DNA of 64,000 nt from Thermoplasmata archaeon (GTDB taxonomy: Archaea; Thermoplasmatota; Thermoplasmata; Lutacidiplasmatales; UBA184). The stretch covers positions 4 through 64,003 of the forward strand of contig DASYYY010000005.1 in the NCBI GenBank assembly GCA_035933635.1, given 5' to 3'. The position numbers were made by a program, and so were the translations under genes. The notes below the pieces were generated by a model. It was not told where the DNA came from and did no database searches. It saw only the letters and a program-made list of their open reading frames with translations. Positions 17,900-27,644 of this stretch are shown here, in pieces (positions within the stretch are counted from its first letter, which is position 1; each line of letters begins with the position of its first letter).

Positions 17900-18760
17900 A
17901 TGGCGGGCACGACCGGGCCCGTCGCGCGCATCCGCTCCGCGCTGGCCCGAGACGGGTTCTCGCAACTCGCCGCCCGCCTTCCGCGGGGGTACGCACGGTT
18001 CGGTTCGGTCGTGCTCCTCCAACTCCCCGAGGACCTGCGTACGGAGTTCCCGAGGATCGGACGGGCGTACGCGCTGGAGCTGGGGGCGGACGCCGTGCTG
18101 CGCCGGTCCGGCCCGGTGGAGGGGGAGTACCGGCATCCCCGCGTCGAGCGCATCTTCGGCGACCGTACCGAGACCGAGGTACTCGAGCACGGCGTCCGGT
18201 ACCGGTTCGACGCCGAACGGATCATGTTCGCGCGGGGGAACAAGACCGAACGAGCGCGGGCCGGGCGGATCGTGCGGGCCGGCGAGCTCGTCGTCGACCT
18301 GTTCGCCGGGATCGGCTACTTCACACTGCCGGCGGCGCTCAGCCACTCGTCCGTCCAGGTCGTCGCCGTCGAGACCAATCCCCTCTCCTACCGGTATCTT
18401 CTCGAGAATATCGCGCTCAACGGAGTGAGCGGCCGGGTCTCCGCCGTGCTCGGGGACAATCGTCGGGTGCCACTGCCGTGGGGAGAAGCCCACCGAGTCT
18501 TCCTCGGGTATCTTCCCAGCTCGCTGCCGTGGATCCCGCTCGCGCTCCGCGCGCTCCGACCCGCGGGCGGCAGCCTCCACGTCCATCTCGTCGTCGGAAG
18601 TCGCGGGGCGAACGAGGAGGCCCGACACGCGGTCCACGACCAGCTGCGGACCCAGGGGCGCACCGACGCGCGCCTGACGGTTCGACCGGTCAAGCCCTAC
18701 GGGCCGGGCCGGACCCACTGTGTCGTGGACGTGGCGTGGGGCACCGGAGTCGGAGGGTGA
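17900..18760 (+). CDS. tRNA methyltransferase of the Trm5/Taw2 (Met-10+ like) family
   Basis: SAM-binding motif I (VVDLFAGIGYFTLP) is characteristic of Trm5/TYW2. The overall length of 286 aa fits the family. Confidence 0.7.
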   Translation: MAGTTGPVARIRSALARDGFSQLAARLPRGYARFGSVVLLQLPEDLRTEFPRIGRAYALELGADAVLRRSGPVEGEYRHPRVERIFGDRTETEVLEHGVRYRFDAERIMFARGNKTERARAGRIVRAGELVVDLFAGIGYFTLPAALSHSSVQVVAVETNPLSYRYLLENIALNGVSGRVSAVLGDNRRVPLPWGEAHRVFLGYLPSSLPWIPLALRALRPAGGSLHVHLVVGSRGANEEARHAVHDQLRTQGRTDARLTVRPVKPYGPGRTHCVVDVAWGTGVGG

Positions 18761-18803
18761 AGGGAGGAAAAGGTTCGCTCCGGTACGTTCCGTCGCGTCG
18801 ATC

Positions 18804-19850
18804 TCACCCGCTGAAGTAGCCCTTCGGGATCTTCAGATTCTCGATGGTCACGAGCTCGGCGACGGTCTTGTACTTCCCGATCGTCGAGGCCGTTCCGGGC
18901 GGCGCGTAGGAGGACTTCCAGGCGGTCCACGTCGTCCAGCTGTTGCAGCCCGAGCCGCCGTTGCAGTTCAGGTGGAACCAGAACGTCAGGCCCGCGGGCG
19001 AGGAGTACGGGTCCGGCTGCCAGTAGGTCGTGTTGCCGTAGACCTCCTCGTAGTCGGTGTAGTCGTAGTAGCCGCAGTAGAAGCCGGCCTGCTGAAGCCC
19101 CGGGTCCGTCGCGCCGGTGGCGCCCTTGAGGGCGAAGATCTGGGTGATGACCCCGGTGGAGGAGACGGTGTACTCCTCGAGCCAGGTGCCCGTCGACCCG
19201 CCGGTCGAGCCCGAAGTGGTGATCGCGAGCAGGTACTCCTGGCCCGGCGTCAGGGTCTGGTAGTTCGCCGAGTAGTGGTAGGTCGGCGAGCTGCACGTGC
19301 CGGTGGTGTAGGAGTAGACGAGTCCCCAGGTTCCGTAGTCATCGGCGAAACCGATCTGGTCGTAGCTGCCGCCGTTGTCCCAGATCGACGTCAGGACGTA
19401 GTAGAACTGGCTGCTGTCGGGCGTGGCGGCGCTCGGAACGGTGATCTCCGAAAGGACCCAGGTGTTGTTGACCGCGGAGCCGCTGTAGACGCTGCCGGCG
19501 TAGAAGTGGCCGCCGTAGGTGATCGGCGCCGCCGGCGCGTTGCGCAGCGACGCGACGGGCGGAGGGATGACCTTGCCGTCGACCTGCGGGTACGACTGGC
19601 CGGCCGTCCAGCTCAGCATCGACGGGTCGACATTGGTGTAGGACTGGCCCTTGACGGCGCCGGGCAGCACGGGGACCGGCGGAGTGCCTTCCGCGGTCCG
19701 GCTGCTCTGGTGCGTCGACTGGGGGGTCACGCGCACGACGTTCCCCGCGATCGCTACACCCAGTACGATGACGCCGACGGCCAACGCCATTAACGCGATT
19801 ACACTCGTTCTCCCCTTCATGGGACCTCGGCGCGGCATCGAGGTCCCCAC
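18804..19850 (-). CDS. Secreted protein, divergent G1 (eqolisin) glutamic-peptidase-like
   Basis: An N-terminal TM/signal segment is followed by NNTWVLSEITVPSAA and IWDNGGSYDQIGFADDYGTWGLVYSY. These align with the NWGGA, VPSAS and WVGIDG...LQTGFDWYGDGTYDAWYEWY blocks of scytalidoglutamic peptidase, but only weakly. Confidence 0.5.
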   Translation of the reverse strand: MGTSMPRRGPMKGRTSVIALMALAVGVIVLGVAIAGNVVRVTPQSTHQSSRTAEGTPPVPVLPGAVKGQSYTNVDPSMLSWTAGQSYPQVDGKVIPPPVASLRNAPAAPITYGGHFYAGSVYSGSAVNNTWVLSEITVPSAATPDSSQFYYVLTSIWDNGGSYDQIGFADDYGTWGLVYSYTTGTCSSPTYHYSANYQTLTPGQEYLLAITTSGSTGGSTGTWLEEYTVSSTGVITQIFALKGATGATDPGLQQAGFYCGYYDYTDYEEVYGNTTYWQPDPYSSPAGLTFWFHLNCNGGSGCNSWTTWTAWKSSYAPPGTASTIGKYKTVAELVTIENLKIPKGYFSG

Positions 19851-19967
19851 TTCAATGCTTTGGCATGGAAAATTGACCTAGGGCCTCGACTCGAGCGTCC
19901 ACGCGCCGCGCCCGCCGTCTCACACTTCGTCGGAGCGTGAGCGGCTCCCGCGTCGCCCTTATGCGGA

Positions 19968-21104
19968 TTAGTGCGGAATCGGCGCGCGCGGCCGGAGCGA
20001 TTCCACCGCGCGCGGGAACGCCTCGGCGAACCGGGCGATGTCGTCGGGGGAGTTCGAGAAGGACGCCCGGATGAACTCGCCCCCGTGGGCCGGCGAGAGG
20101 TAGTTCCCGGCGCGTAGGAAAACGCCGTGCGTACGCAGGAGCTCCTCCTGTAGCCGCTCCGGGGTGATCCCGGTCCGATGGATGTCGATGCCGAACATGT
20201 TCGCTTGGGAAGGGAACACGGGCAGCTCGGTCCCCTCGACCGCGCCGACGACGTCGCGAATGCGGGCCTGATTGGCCCGGGTCTGCCGGAGCACCGCGTC
20301 GATCCACTGCGGCTTGGTCCGCAGCAGCTCGACGGCCGCGCGTTGCGCAAAGATGTTGACGCCGAGGTCGTTCGTGTTGAAGCGGGCGATCCTAGCGACC
20401 AGTTGCTTGGGGCCCATGAGGCCGCCGAGCCTCAGGCCGGCGATCCCGCAGTTCTTGGAGACCGACCATACGGTGATCGTCTCCTCCGGGGCGAACTGGG
20501 AGGCGAGCGTGTGGGATTCGGGGAAGTCGCGGTAGGTCACGTCGTTGAGCAGCCACAGGTGCCGGTCGTGGGCGATCTCGGCGATCGCGCGCACCTCCTC
20601 GCGCGGGTACCCCGACCCGAGCGGGTTGAGCGGGTCGATGAGGAGGATCATGCGGGTCTTCGGGGTTATCGCCGCCTGGACCCGCTCGGCGGTCAGCCGG
20701 TAGGGGGGACGGTAGATGTCGAGGTTGAGGGTCTTGGCGCCGGCAAGCTCGACGAATTTGTGGATGATGAGATAGGACGGGTCGGAGGCGACGACCTCGT
20801 CGCCGGCACCGAGCAGCGCCCGCGTGAGCATGTAGAGTGCCTCGGTCCCGCCCGCACTGAGCTGGAAGCCGTAGTCGGCCGGGTGGCCGAAATCCTTCAG
20901 CACGAGCTCGCGGAGTTCGGCAAGCCCGGGGGCGTAGGGGTAGCCTTCGTAGACCCGTTCCGTGAGCGCCGCCTCGACCGCCGCCCGGGTATGCTCGGGC
21001 GGGACGAGGTGGTTGGTGTTCTGGCTCATCCAGACGACTTCGGTCCGGTGCTCGTGCGCGTAGCGGAAGGCGTCGAACGGCGGGGCGCTCGCCATGTGGT
21101 TCAA
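19968..21104 (-). CDS. PLP-dependent aminotransferase, class I/II
   Basis: The PLP-lysine motif SVSKNCGIAGLRLG is present, along with an N-terminal substrate-binding region. The protein is 378 aa. Confidence 0.85.
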   Translation of the reverse strand: MNHMASAPPFDAFRYAHEHRTEVVWMSQNTNHLVPPEHTRAAVEAALTERVYEGYPYAPGLAELRELVLKDFGHPADYGFQLSAGGTEALYMLTRALLGAGDEVVASDPSYLIIHKFVELAGAKTLNLDIYRPPYRLTAERVQAAITPKTRMILLIDPLNPLGSGYPREEVRAIAEIAHDRHLWLLNDVTYRDFPESHTLASQFAPEETITVWSVSKNCGIAGLRLGGLMGPKQLVARIARFNTNDLGVNIFAQRAAVELLRTKPQWIDAVLRQTRANQARIRDVVGAVEGTELPVFPSQANMFGIDIHRTGITPERLQEELLRTHGVFLRAGNYLSPAHGGEFIRASFSNSPDDIARFAEAFPRAVESLRPRAPIPH

Positions 21105-21377
21105 CCCGCGACGGGCGGACCCGCTAAAACACTTGGCTGTCGAAGCCCCACGTCCCGTCAGGATGCGACGGGGTCACGGCGTGGATCCGTTGGTGTCCTT
21201 CGATCGCCGATGCGAAACCCGCACGCAGGGCTTGCGAGGCCGAAGGTCGACTCAAGACGCATCGTGCCTCGCCCCGAGTTCCGTGGCTAGGGCGCTCCGG
21301 TTCGATTCGGTGGAAACTCTCCCACCGGGGATCTCGCGCTCAACTGCCCGGACGCTCGCGTGGAAATCCCCAACCCC

Positions 21378-22466
21378 TCAGTACACCGTGATACGTGCGA
21401 ACACCACGATGGCAGACCCTGCATCTTTGATGTGGACCACGTAGCTCCCGGGTCGAAGCGGGGTCCCGTTGGAGTAGGTGAGGGGCAAGGTCGCGTTGAA
21501 GGTACCGGCCCCCGAAGGTGTGGCCAGGCACTTCGTATTCAGCTCGGTCCCCGTCGCCGTCTCGACGATCAACTTGAAGATCGTACCGGAGACGTTGCCC
21601 TGCAAGTCCAACGTATAGTTCGAACCCGCGGGTTGCCGGGTTCCGCTTGCCGCGAAGGCGTGGACCCACGGTGCGGCGTAGAAGGTCGTGGGTTGCTGCG
21701 TCGTGTTCCCCGTGTTGACCGAGTGGCTCCACGGGCCGGTTTGGGTCTTTCCGCCCTGTCCGTTCTGCTGGACCACCCACCGCCATTGGAATTGGATCTG
21801 GACGGTCCCGTACGGTGAGGCGGTCGTGACAGCGAGCCAACCGCTCGAGAGGTCCGCGTTCTTCGGCGAGAACGTGATTGGTGACGAGAGAGTTCGGTTC
21901 GTCGATACGGGGGGAGACCACCCACCGTGGGCCACCGAAACGTTCCGATGGAGGAACGTGAGCGACAGCGCGCTCCCACTGCTGAGGTGGAACGCCGCGG
22001 ACGCCGTCGGGATCGAGACCTGAACCGTCTGGCCCGCGGGCAGCCGGCTCAGTTGGTACTCATATTGCGCGGCAAGGACGTCTCCGGTATTCATCGAGCT
22101 CTGGTGGCCCGACGGCGGCGCGAGCGGAATGAGCAACGAATCCGGGGACGTCGACGCGTGCGGGGTACAATTGACCGCTGCTTCCAACTGGAAGGGAAGG
22201 ACGGCGCGGGTCCCCGGGGTCGGGGACCCCGAGAGGAGGACGCATGACGTTTGTGAGGCCAGCACCACCAACCACAGCACCGCGCGCGACGGCACGCCCC
22301 ACGTTGATCGGTCCCCACGCGTTGCCTCCACTCCGGTTCCGGTCTCCACGGTCCCCACACCGAGCCGCGGGAGCGAGTCCGGATGCGTTAATCGCTCGCT
22401 TTCCGGAAGAACAGGGGCTATCCGGAGCAGAAGCGCGGAACCAGGTGCGGGCACGCGCGGGTCCAT
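21378..22466 (-). CDS. Secreted Ser/Thr/Asn-rich glycoprotein (hypothetical); 5' end uncertain
   Basis: A hydrophobic segment LWLVVLASQTSCVLL is followed by S/T/N-rich sequence with 12 or more NxS/T sequons. Such AT-leaning codon usage is unlikely to arise by chance in GC-rich DNA. The start codon is not resolved. Confidence 0.4.
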   Translation of the reverse strand: MDPRVPAPGSALLLRIAPVLPESERLTHPDSLPRLGVGTVETGTGVEATRGDRSTWGVPSRAVLWLVVLASQTSCVLLSGSPTPGTRAVLPFQLEAAVNCTPHASTSPDSLLIPLAPPSGHQSSMNTGDVLAAQYEYQLSRLPAGQTVQVSIPTASAAFHLSSGSALSLTFLHRNVSVAHGGWSPPVSTNRTLSSPITFSPKNADLSSGWLAVTTASPYGTVQIQFQWRWVVQQNGQGGKTQTGPWSHSVNTGNTTQQPTTFYAAPWVHAFAASGTRQPAGSNYTLDLQGNVSGTIFKLIVETATGTELNTKCLATPSGAGTFNATLPLTYSNGTPLRPGSYVVHIKDAGSAIVVFARITVY

Positions 22467-22566
22467 GGGCCGGGTAGGCGCGTGAGGGCGGGTCGAGACC
22501 CCGGTGTCGAACTTCCCCTCCCAACGTTCTTCGACCGAGGGTGGGGGATTCGCGCTAGCTGGAGGG

Positions 22567-23343
22567 TTACGCTTTCCCGGCTTCACCGAGGTACGTGGTC
22601 ACGATCCCGAAGGACTGCGCCTCCGCCACGGTCCGACCGAACCCCGCCTCCTGCATCATCCGGAGCATTCCGGAACGGTCGGGGAGGTGTCGTAGCGACT
22701 CGGGTAAGTAGCGGTAAGGGCCTTCGCTCTGGACCGCCTTCCCGAGCCACGGAACGACGTGATCGAAGTAGGAATGGAACATCCGGTTCATCATCGGTGA
22801 GACCGGCTCGGTGATCTCGAGCGTGAACACGGTCCCCCCGGATCGAAGAACTCTCCGGAACTCGCGGAAGGCTACCGGAAGGCTCGGGAGATTCCGGGCG
22901 ACGAACGCCGACATGACGAGGTCGAAGGAGGCGTCGCGGAACGGGAGTCGGCCCCCGTCGGCCCGAACGAGCCGCACCCGCGCACCCGTTGAGCTCCCTA
23001 CGGCCCGGAGATGAGCGTTCCGGAGCATCGCGGCGGTCACGTCGGAGCCGACCACCTCCGCGCCCGGGGCCCGGCCCGCGACCAGGAAGGTCAGTTCCCC
23101 CGGGCCGCATCCGATGTCGAGCACGCGCCCGATCGGCCGCCGTCGTCGGTACCGATCCACCGTCCACAGCGCCCGCGGGCGCCACAGGTAGTCCTGCCCC
23201 AGCGACGCGAGGTGGTCGAACCAATCGTATCGATCGGCGATGTGCGTGAACATCGCCCGAACGTCGCGCTGGAACTCCGGGGTGTCTCGGGAGGGGTAGG
23301 GCGAGCCGTCCCGGGCACGACGTACCTCGTCGGGGGGGCTCAT
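22567..23343 (-). CDS. menG: Demethylmenaquinone/ubiquinone C-methyltransferase (UbiE/MenG)
   Basis: It aligns with E. coli UbiE throughout: YDWFDHLASLGQDYLWR matches YDLMNDLMSFGIHRLWK, VLDIGCGPG is SAM motif I, and RYLPESLRHLPDRSGMLRMMQEAGF matches the UbiE C-terminal block. The long in-frame upstream extension was rejected. Confidence 0.85.
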   Translation of the reverse strand: MSPPDEVRRARDGSPYPSRDTPEFQRDVRAMFTHIADRYDWFDHLASLGQDYLWRPRALWTVDRYRRRRPIGRVLDIGCGPGELTFLVAGRAPGAEVVGSDVTAAMLRNAHLRAVGSSTGARVRLVRADGGRLPFRDASFDLVMSAFVARNLPSLPVAFREFRRVLRSGGTVFTLEITEPVSPMMNRMFHSYFDHVVPWLGKAVQSEGPYRYLPESLRHLPDRSGMLRMMQEAGFGRTVAEAQSFGIVTTYLGEAGKA

Positions 23344-25808
23344 GTCGTGGGAGGGGGCGCTTCGGGCTTCGCCGGCGCGCCGGCCGCCGCCAACTCCCGC
23401 TCGAGCGCCTCGGCCTCGTAGACGAGCTCGCCCTTGAGCCGGAGCAGCCCGATGGCCTTCGCTGCCTCGAACTCGGTCCGGGCGACCGGCGCCTCGCCGC
23501 GGTGCAGCGTCAGTCGAGCCCGGCGGAACTGCGACTCCGCCGCCTCGGCCTCCAGGTGCAGGTCGCGGGCGAGCCGGAGCGCCTCGGAGTATTGCTCGAA
23601 GGCCTGGGCGAGCTTCCCTTCGCCCTCTTGGATCATCGCGTCGATCATCGTGAGCTGCTGGTTGGCGAACTGGTCGCCCAGCGGCTCGAGGACGGTCCGG
23701 GCCCGGTCGAGGGAGACCCGTGCCTCGGGCAGCTTGTGGAGCTCGACGTTGAACTGCGCCTGGTTCATCCGGCAGTAGCCGATCCAGATCCGCGAGTGGG
23801 AACGCTCCGCCGATTCGATCGCCCGGTCCAGGCAGTCGACGGCCTTGGGCATGTCCTGGTTGTTGTGGTGGAGCAGCGCTTCGTTCATCAGCACCCGGGC
23901 GTGGGCGATGTAGTCCTTCCCGTCCGAGAACAAGCGGACGGCGGATTCGTAGAGCTCGAGCGCCTCGGGAAGCCGCGCCTTCCCCTGGCTGACCAGCGTG
24001 TTGCCGAGGTCGATGAGCGCGTGTCCGCGCTCCCGGCTGTCCTCCTCCTTCTCGGCGAGCGCGATCTCCGCGCGCTGGTGGCGCTCGGCGTCGACGAGCT
24101 CGCCGACCCGCCAACAGGCGATCCCGAGCACGCGGTGGGCCACGAGCAGGCCGCGCTGGTTGCCCATCCGTTCGAGGATGGAGAACGCCTCGGAGGCGAG
24201 CGTGCGGGCGCTGGAGAACTCCCCCAGGTCGCCCCGGGTCCGGGCGAGCCACAGGAGCGCCAGGGCGAGCTGCGATTCGAGCTTCTTGTCGACCCGGGCC
24301 CGCTCGACGGCCTGTAGCAGCACCCCCTCGGAGCGTCGGAAATCCTCGTTCTCGTCGAGCACACGGCCCAGCTCGACCATGAGGTGGAGTTCGGTCGCCG
24401 CATCGGGGTCGGCCTGACGCCGCAGCGACTCCAGCGCCCGCTCCAGGTGCACCACGGCGGTGTCGTGGGCGTACGCCCGGCTCGCGAGCTCGGCGGCCCG
24501 ACGGTTGTACTCCACCGCCGAGGCGTCCTCGCGCGCGAGGTAGAACTGGCGGGCGAGCTCGAAGACGATCGCCGCGTCGGTGCGCCCGCGCCCCTCGAGG
24601 GCACGGGCGACCTTGCGATGGAGGATGCGTCGCCGGGTCTCGGTGAGCTGGGCGTAGGCCTCCGCCCGGATCCGCTCGCTGACGAACTCGTAGACCTCGC
24701 CGCCCTTCTCCCGGAACAGTCCGGAGTGCACGAGCCGGTCGACGCTCTCGGCGAGGCGCTCCTCCTCCTGACCGCCCACGGCGACGGCGAGGGTGGGGAA
24801 GTCGAACTCCTTGCCGAGCACCGTGGCGTAGATCAGTACCCGACGGTCACCCTCGGCCAGCGCGCGCGCCCGGGCTTGGAGCATCTCATCGAGGTCCTGG
24901 CCGGGGGGCGTCGCGGGCGCGGAGATCCCGGATCCGGGACCGGCGCTCGCCCGGACGACGTACTCCACGAAGAGCGGGTTGCCCTCGGTCTGGGTGTACC
25001 AGCGGAGCACGGCCTCCCGTCCGGGATCGCGTCCGTTGAGGATCCAGCGCGCGTACTCCGCCACCTCCGGCTCGGTCATCGGACGGACGGTCAGGCGGCT
25101 CGCGTGATCGCCGGTGACCAGCTGGTCGAGGAGCGGGGCCGTCCGCTGGGGGGTCTCGGCGCGGCTCGCGACGGTGGCGACGACGGCGAGCCGGGCCGCA
25201 CCGAGCGCCCGCGCGAGCGCAGCGAGGAACTCGAAGGAAGAGTCATCGGCGAGGTGGAGGTCGTCGATGGCGAGCAGGAGCGGGTCGCGTCGCGCGATGT
25301 CCAGGAAGTAGTCGGTGAGACGGTCGAGCAGGAGCGTTCGGCTCTCCTCCACGCGGGCCGGGGGTCCGGCAAGATAATCCAGGAGGTGACCGGCCTCGCC
25401 GAGACCACCGTCGCCTTCGGGGGACGGTCCGCCCGGCCCCCCCCGGTCGGTGTCGAACGGTGCCAGGAAGATGCCGAGGAAGGACGGGTCCTCCGGGGCG
25501 CCCTCGGTCGGCGCGACGCGGGCGGTGGCCACCGAGCGGAGCAGGTCCTGGACGAGGGCGAAGGGCTGAGGAAGGTCCGAAGGCAGCGCACGGCCCTCGG
25601 CCACCACGAACCCGCGCTGCCGGGCATCCTGGACGGTCTGTCGCAACAGCGTGCTCTTGCCCACACCCCCGGTCCCGGCCAAGAGGACGATCTGCCCCTC
25701 GGAGCGGCGGGTCTGCTCCAGCGTCGCCACCACGGCGTCGTGGATCTCGCTCCGGCCGAACAGCCGGGCCGCCCGCTCCGTCCGGACGGGTTGCTGGGAG
25801 ACCGCCAC
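23340..25808 (-). CDS. STAND-like P-loop ATPase (AAA_16 / MalT-AfsR-LuxR type) fused to TPR repeats, with no DNA-binding domain
   Basis: The opening LFGRSE...LEQ...GQIVLLAGTGGVGKSTLL is typical of this family. Walker B is LLLAIDDLHLAD, and the family motif GNPLFVEYV follows. The C-terminal roughly 400 aa are TPR-like. No LuxR HTH is present. Its stop overlaps the menG start. Confidence 0.8.
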   Translation of the reverse strand: MAVSQQPVRTERAARLFGRSEIHDAVVATLEQTRRSEGQIVLLAGTGGVGKSTLLRQTVQDARQRGFVVAEGRALPSDLPQPFALVQDLLRSVATARVAPTEGAPEDPSFLGIFLAPFDTDRGGPGGPSPEGDGGLGEAGHLLDYLAGPPARVEESRTLLLDRLTDYFLDIARRDPLLLAIDDLHLADDSSFEFLAALARALGAARLAVVATVASRAETPQRTAPLLDQLVTGDHASRLTVRPMTEPEVAEYARWILNGRDPGREAVLRWYTQTEGNPLFVEYVVRASAGPGSGISAPATPPGQDLDEMLQARARALAEGDRRVLIYATVLGKEFDFPTLAVAVGGQEEERLAESVDRLVHSGLFREKGGEVYEFVSERIRAEAYAQLTETRRRILHRKVARALEGRGRTDAAIVFELARQFYLAREDASAVEYNRRAAELASRAYAHDTAVVHLERALESLRRQADPDAATELHLMVELGRVLDENEDFRRSEGVLLQAVERARVDKKLESQLALALLWLARTRGDLGEFSSARTLASEAFSILERMGNQRGLLVAHRVLGIACWRVGELVDAERHQRAEIALAEKEEDSRERGHALIDLGNTLVSQGKARLPEALELYESAVRLFSDGKDYIAHARVLMNEALLHHNNQDMPKAVDCLDRAIESAERSHSRIWIGYCRMNQAQFNVELHKLPEARVSLDRARTVLEPLGDQFANQQLTMIDAMIQEGEGKLAQAFEQYSEALRLARDLHLEAEAAESQFRRARLTLHRGEAPVARTEFEAAKAIGLLRLKGELVYEAEALERELAAAGAPAKPEAPPPTT

Positions 25809-25811
25809 GTC

Positions 25812-27419
25812 CTACTCTTGGGCGCCGACGCCCTTTAACCCGCCGGCCGGGGTTCCCAGCGTCCCCGGATCGGACGAACCGGCGGGACCGATCCGCAGCT
25901 GCCGACCCAGCTCCTCCAGCCCGGGCACGAGCGACGGCCGCAGCACGGCGAGGTTGCGCGACTCCGCCCATTGGAGGGCTGCGCGGGCCCCGGGGATGTC
26001 CCGGGTCTTGTACAGGAGGCGCGCGAGACGGAACTCGCACTCGCCGGCGATCGCCTTCAGACCGAGCTGGTCGGCCCGCTCCGCGGCGAGCCGGTAGGCC
26101 TCGGCCGCCTCCTCCCACTGGCCGCGTCGCTCCGAGAAGAGCCCCTGGGTCTGGCTCAGGAGCTGGTTGCTCCGGGGGTCGACGATGCGCTCGAGGGCGC
26201 GCCGGGCCTGGGCGAGGTCGCGTTCCGCGGCCTCGACCTGGCCCAACCCGAGGTGGAACTCGACGCCGAGAAGGAGGGCTCGGGCCATGCCCTGCGGAGA
26301 GGCGGTCCGTTGGGCGACCGCGCGCGCCTTGGCGAGGATGTCGAGCGCCTCGACCGGGTCGGTCCGGCCGACGGCGACACCGAGGTTCGCCAGCGCCCGG
26401 TAGTAGGCGTACCGGGCATCGGTGCCCTCGAGGATCTCGACGGCGCGGCGGTACCATCGGATCGCATCCTCCTCGACCTCCGGTCCCATCACGGAGAACG
26501 CCAGCGCAATGTCGGTGCAGCATTCCCCGAGGGCGAACTTGTCCCCGGTGCGCTGGAGGAGGTCCAGGGCGACCATCGCCTCGTCCAGCGCGGTCGTGTA
26601 GTCGCCCTGCTCGTAGGCCATACGGCCGCGGACCCGATGGGCCGCGGCCTGGCCGCGCAGGTCGCCGGCCTCCGTCGCGATCTCCAGCGCCTCCTGTCCG
26701 AACCCCTGCGCATCGCCCGCGCGAGCCGACTCCCGCGCCATCGCCGCCCGTGCCAGGAGCACTCGAGCCCGCGCCTGGCGGTCCTTGACGGGGAGCCCAC
26801 CGAGGGCCGAAACGTAGGCCTGCTCGGCCGCCTCCGGGTTACCCCTGGTACGCTGGATGTCGCCGACCTGCTCGTTGATGCGGGCGAGCTGGGCGGTATG
26901 GTTGCCCGGCAGGAGCAGGAGGTCTCTCCGGGCCCGCTCGAAATGGTGCAGCGCGTTGTCCAGCTGGTGGTCGCGCAGCGCGTTCTCCCCCGCCCGGCGG
27001 TTGTACTCCCAGGCCTTCTGCGGCACCTTGCCCAAGAAGTAATGTCGGCCGAGCTCGGAGAGCACCGCGTCCGAGGGGCTCGGCTCGCGCCGCTCGAGCG
27101 TCTGGGCGATCTTCAAGTGCATCACCCGAAGGCGGCTCTCGATCATCGACTGGTAGACGAGCGCGCGGAACTCCTCGCTGACGAAGGCGAAGCGGCCGCC
27201 GCCGGACCGCTCGCGGAACACCCCCCGCTCGACCAACCGTTCGATCCGTTCCGCCAGTACCTCCGGGTCGCCCCCTAGGGCGTCGGAGAGCAGCTCGAAG
27301 TCGAACTCGGTGCCGATGGCGCTCGCATACGCGAGCGCACGGAAGCTCTCGGGATCGAGCTGGGTGAGGTCGACCGTCGCCGACCCCCCGGACGTCCGCG
27401 CCTCCCCGGTCGTGGCCAT
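25812..27419 (-). CDS. TPR-repeat protein, a paralog of the downstream ATPase-TPR protein that lacks the ATPase domain
   Basis: Residues about 25-110 (AIGTEFDFELLSDALGGDPEVLAERIERLVERGVFRE...FVSEEFRALVY) align closely with residues about 340-420 of the 23340..25808 product. The remainder is TPR. It is separated from the next gene by 3 nt. Confidence 0.7.
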   Translation of the reverse strand: MATTGEARTSGGSATVDLTQLDPESFRALAYASAIGTEFDFELLSDALGGDPEVLAERIERLVERGVFRERSGGGRFAFVSEEFRALVYQSMIESRLRVMHLKIAQTLERREPSPSDAVLSELGRHYFLGKVPQKAWEYNRRAGENALRDHQLDNALHHFERARRDLLLLPGNHTAQLARINEQVGDIQRTRGNPEAAEQAYVSALGGLPVKDRQARARVLLARAAMARESARAGDAQGFGQEALEIATEAGDLRGQAAAHRVRGRMAYEQGDYTTALDEAMVALDLLQRTGDKFALGECCTDIALAFSVMGPEVEEDAIRWYRRAVEILEGTDARYAYYRALANLGVAVGRTDPVEALDILAKARAVAQRTASPQGMARALLLGVEFHLGLGQVEAAERDLAQARRALERIVDPRSNQLLSQTQGLFSERRGQWEEAAEAYRLAAERADQLGLKAIAGECEFRLARLLYKTRDIPGARAALQWAESRNLAVLRPSLVPGLEELGRQLRIGPAGSSDPGTLGTPAGGLKGVGAQE

Positions 27420-27644
27420 GTTGCCTGACGAAAATGGGAGGTGCCGAGCGATAAACTGTCGGGTACGCGGGTTGCGGCCCCTCCGGACCGGAGGAGCCCA
27501 CCCACCGGCGGATCCGACCCTTGTCGGATCCCCTCCGGGCCGCCTTCACCCTCCCCGAACGCAGGGCCGAACGGTTCCTCGGATCCCGGACCCGACGGAC
27601 CGCCGCGGTAACCCTTATGCGACCCCCCCGGCCTGCGGCGCGCC

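Noticed and set aside
21105-21377. A 270-nt intergenic gap considered for a tRNA or ncRNA.
   Set aside because: No cloverleaf-compatible segments or conserved ncRNA motifs were found by eye. It is probably the divergent promoter/UTR region for the aminotransferase gene and the 3' end of the secreted glycoprotein gene.
22567-24252. A 561-aa in-frame N-terminal extension of the menG ORF.
   Set aside because: Only the last 258 aa align with UbiE/MenG. The extension is Arg/Pro-rich and overlaps the well-supported ATPase-TPR gene in another frame.
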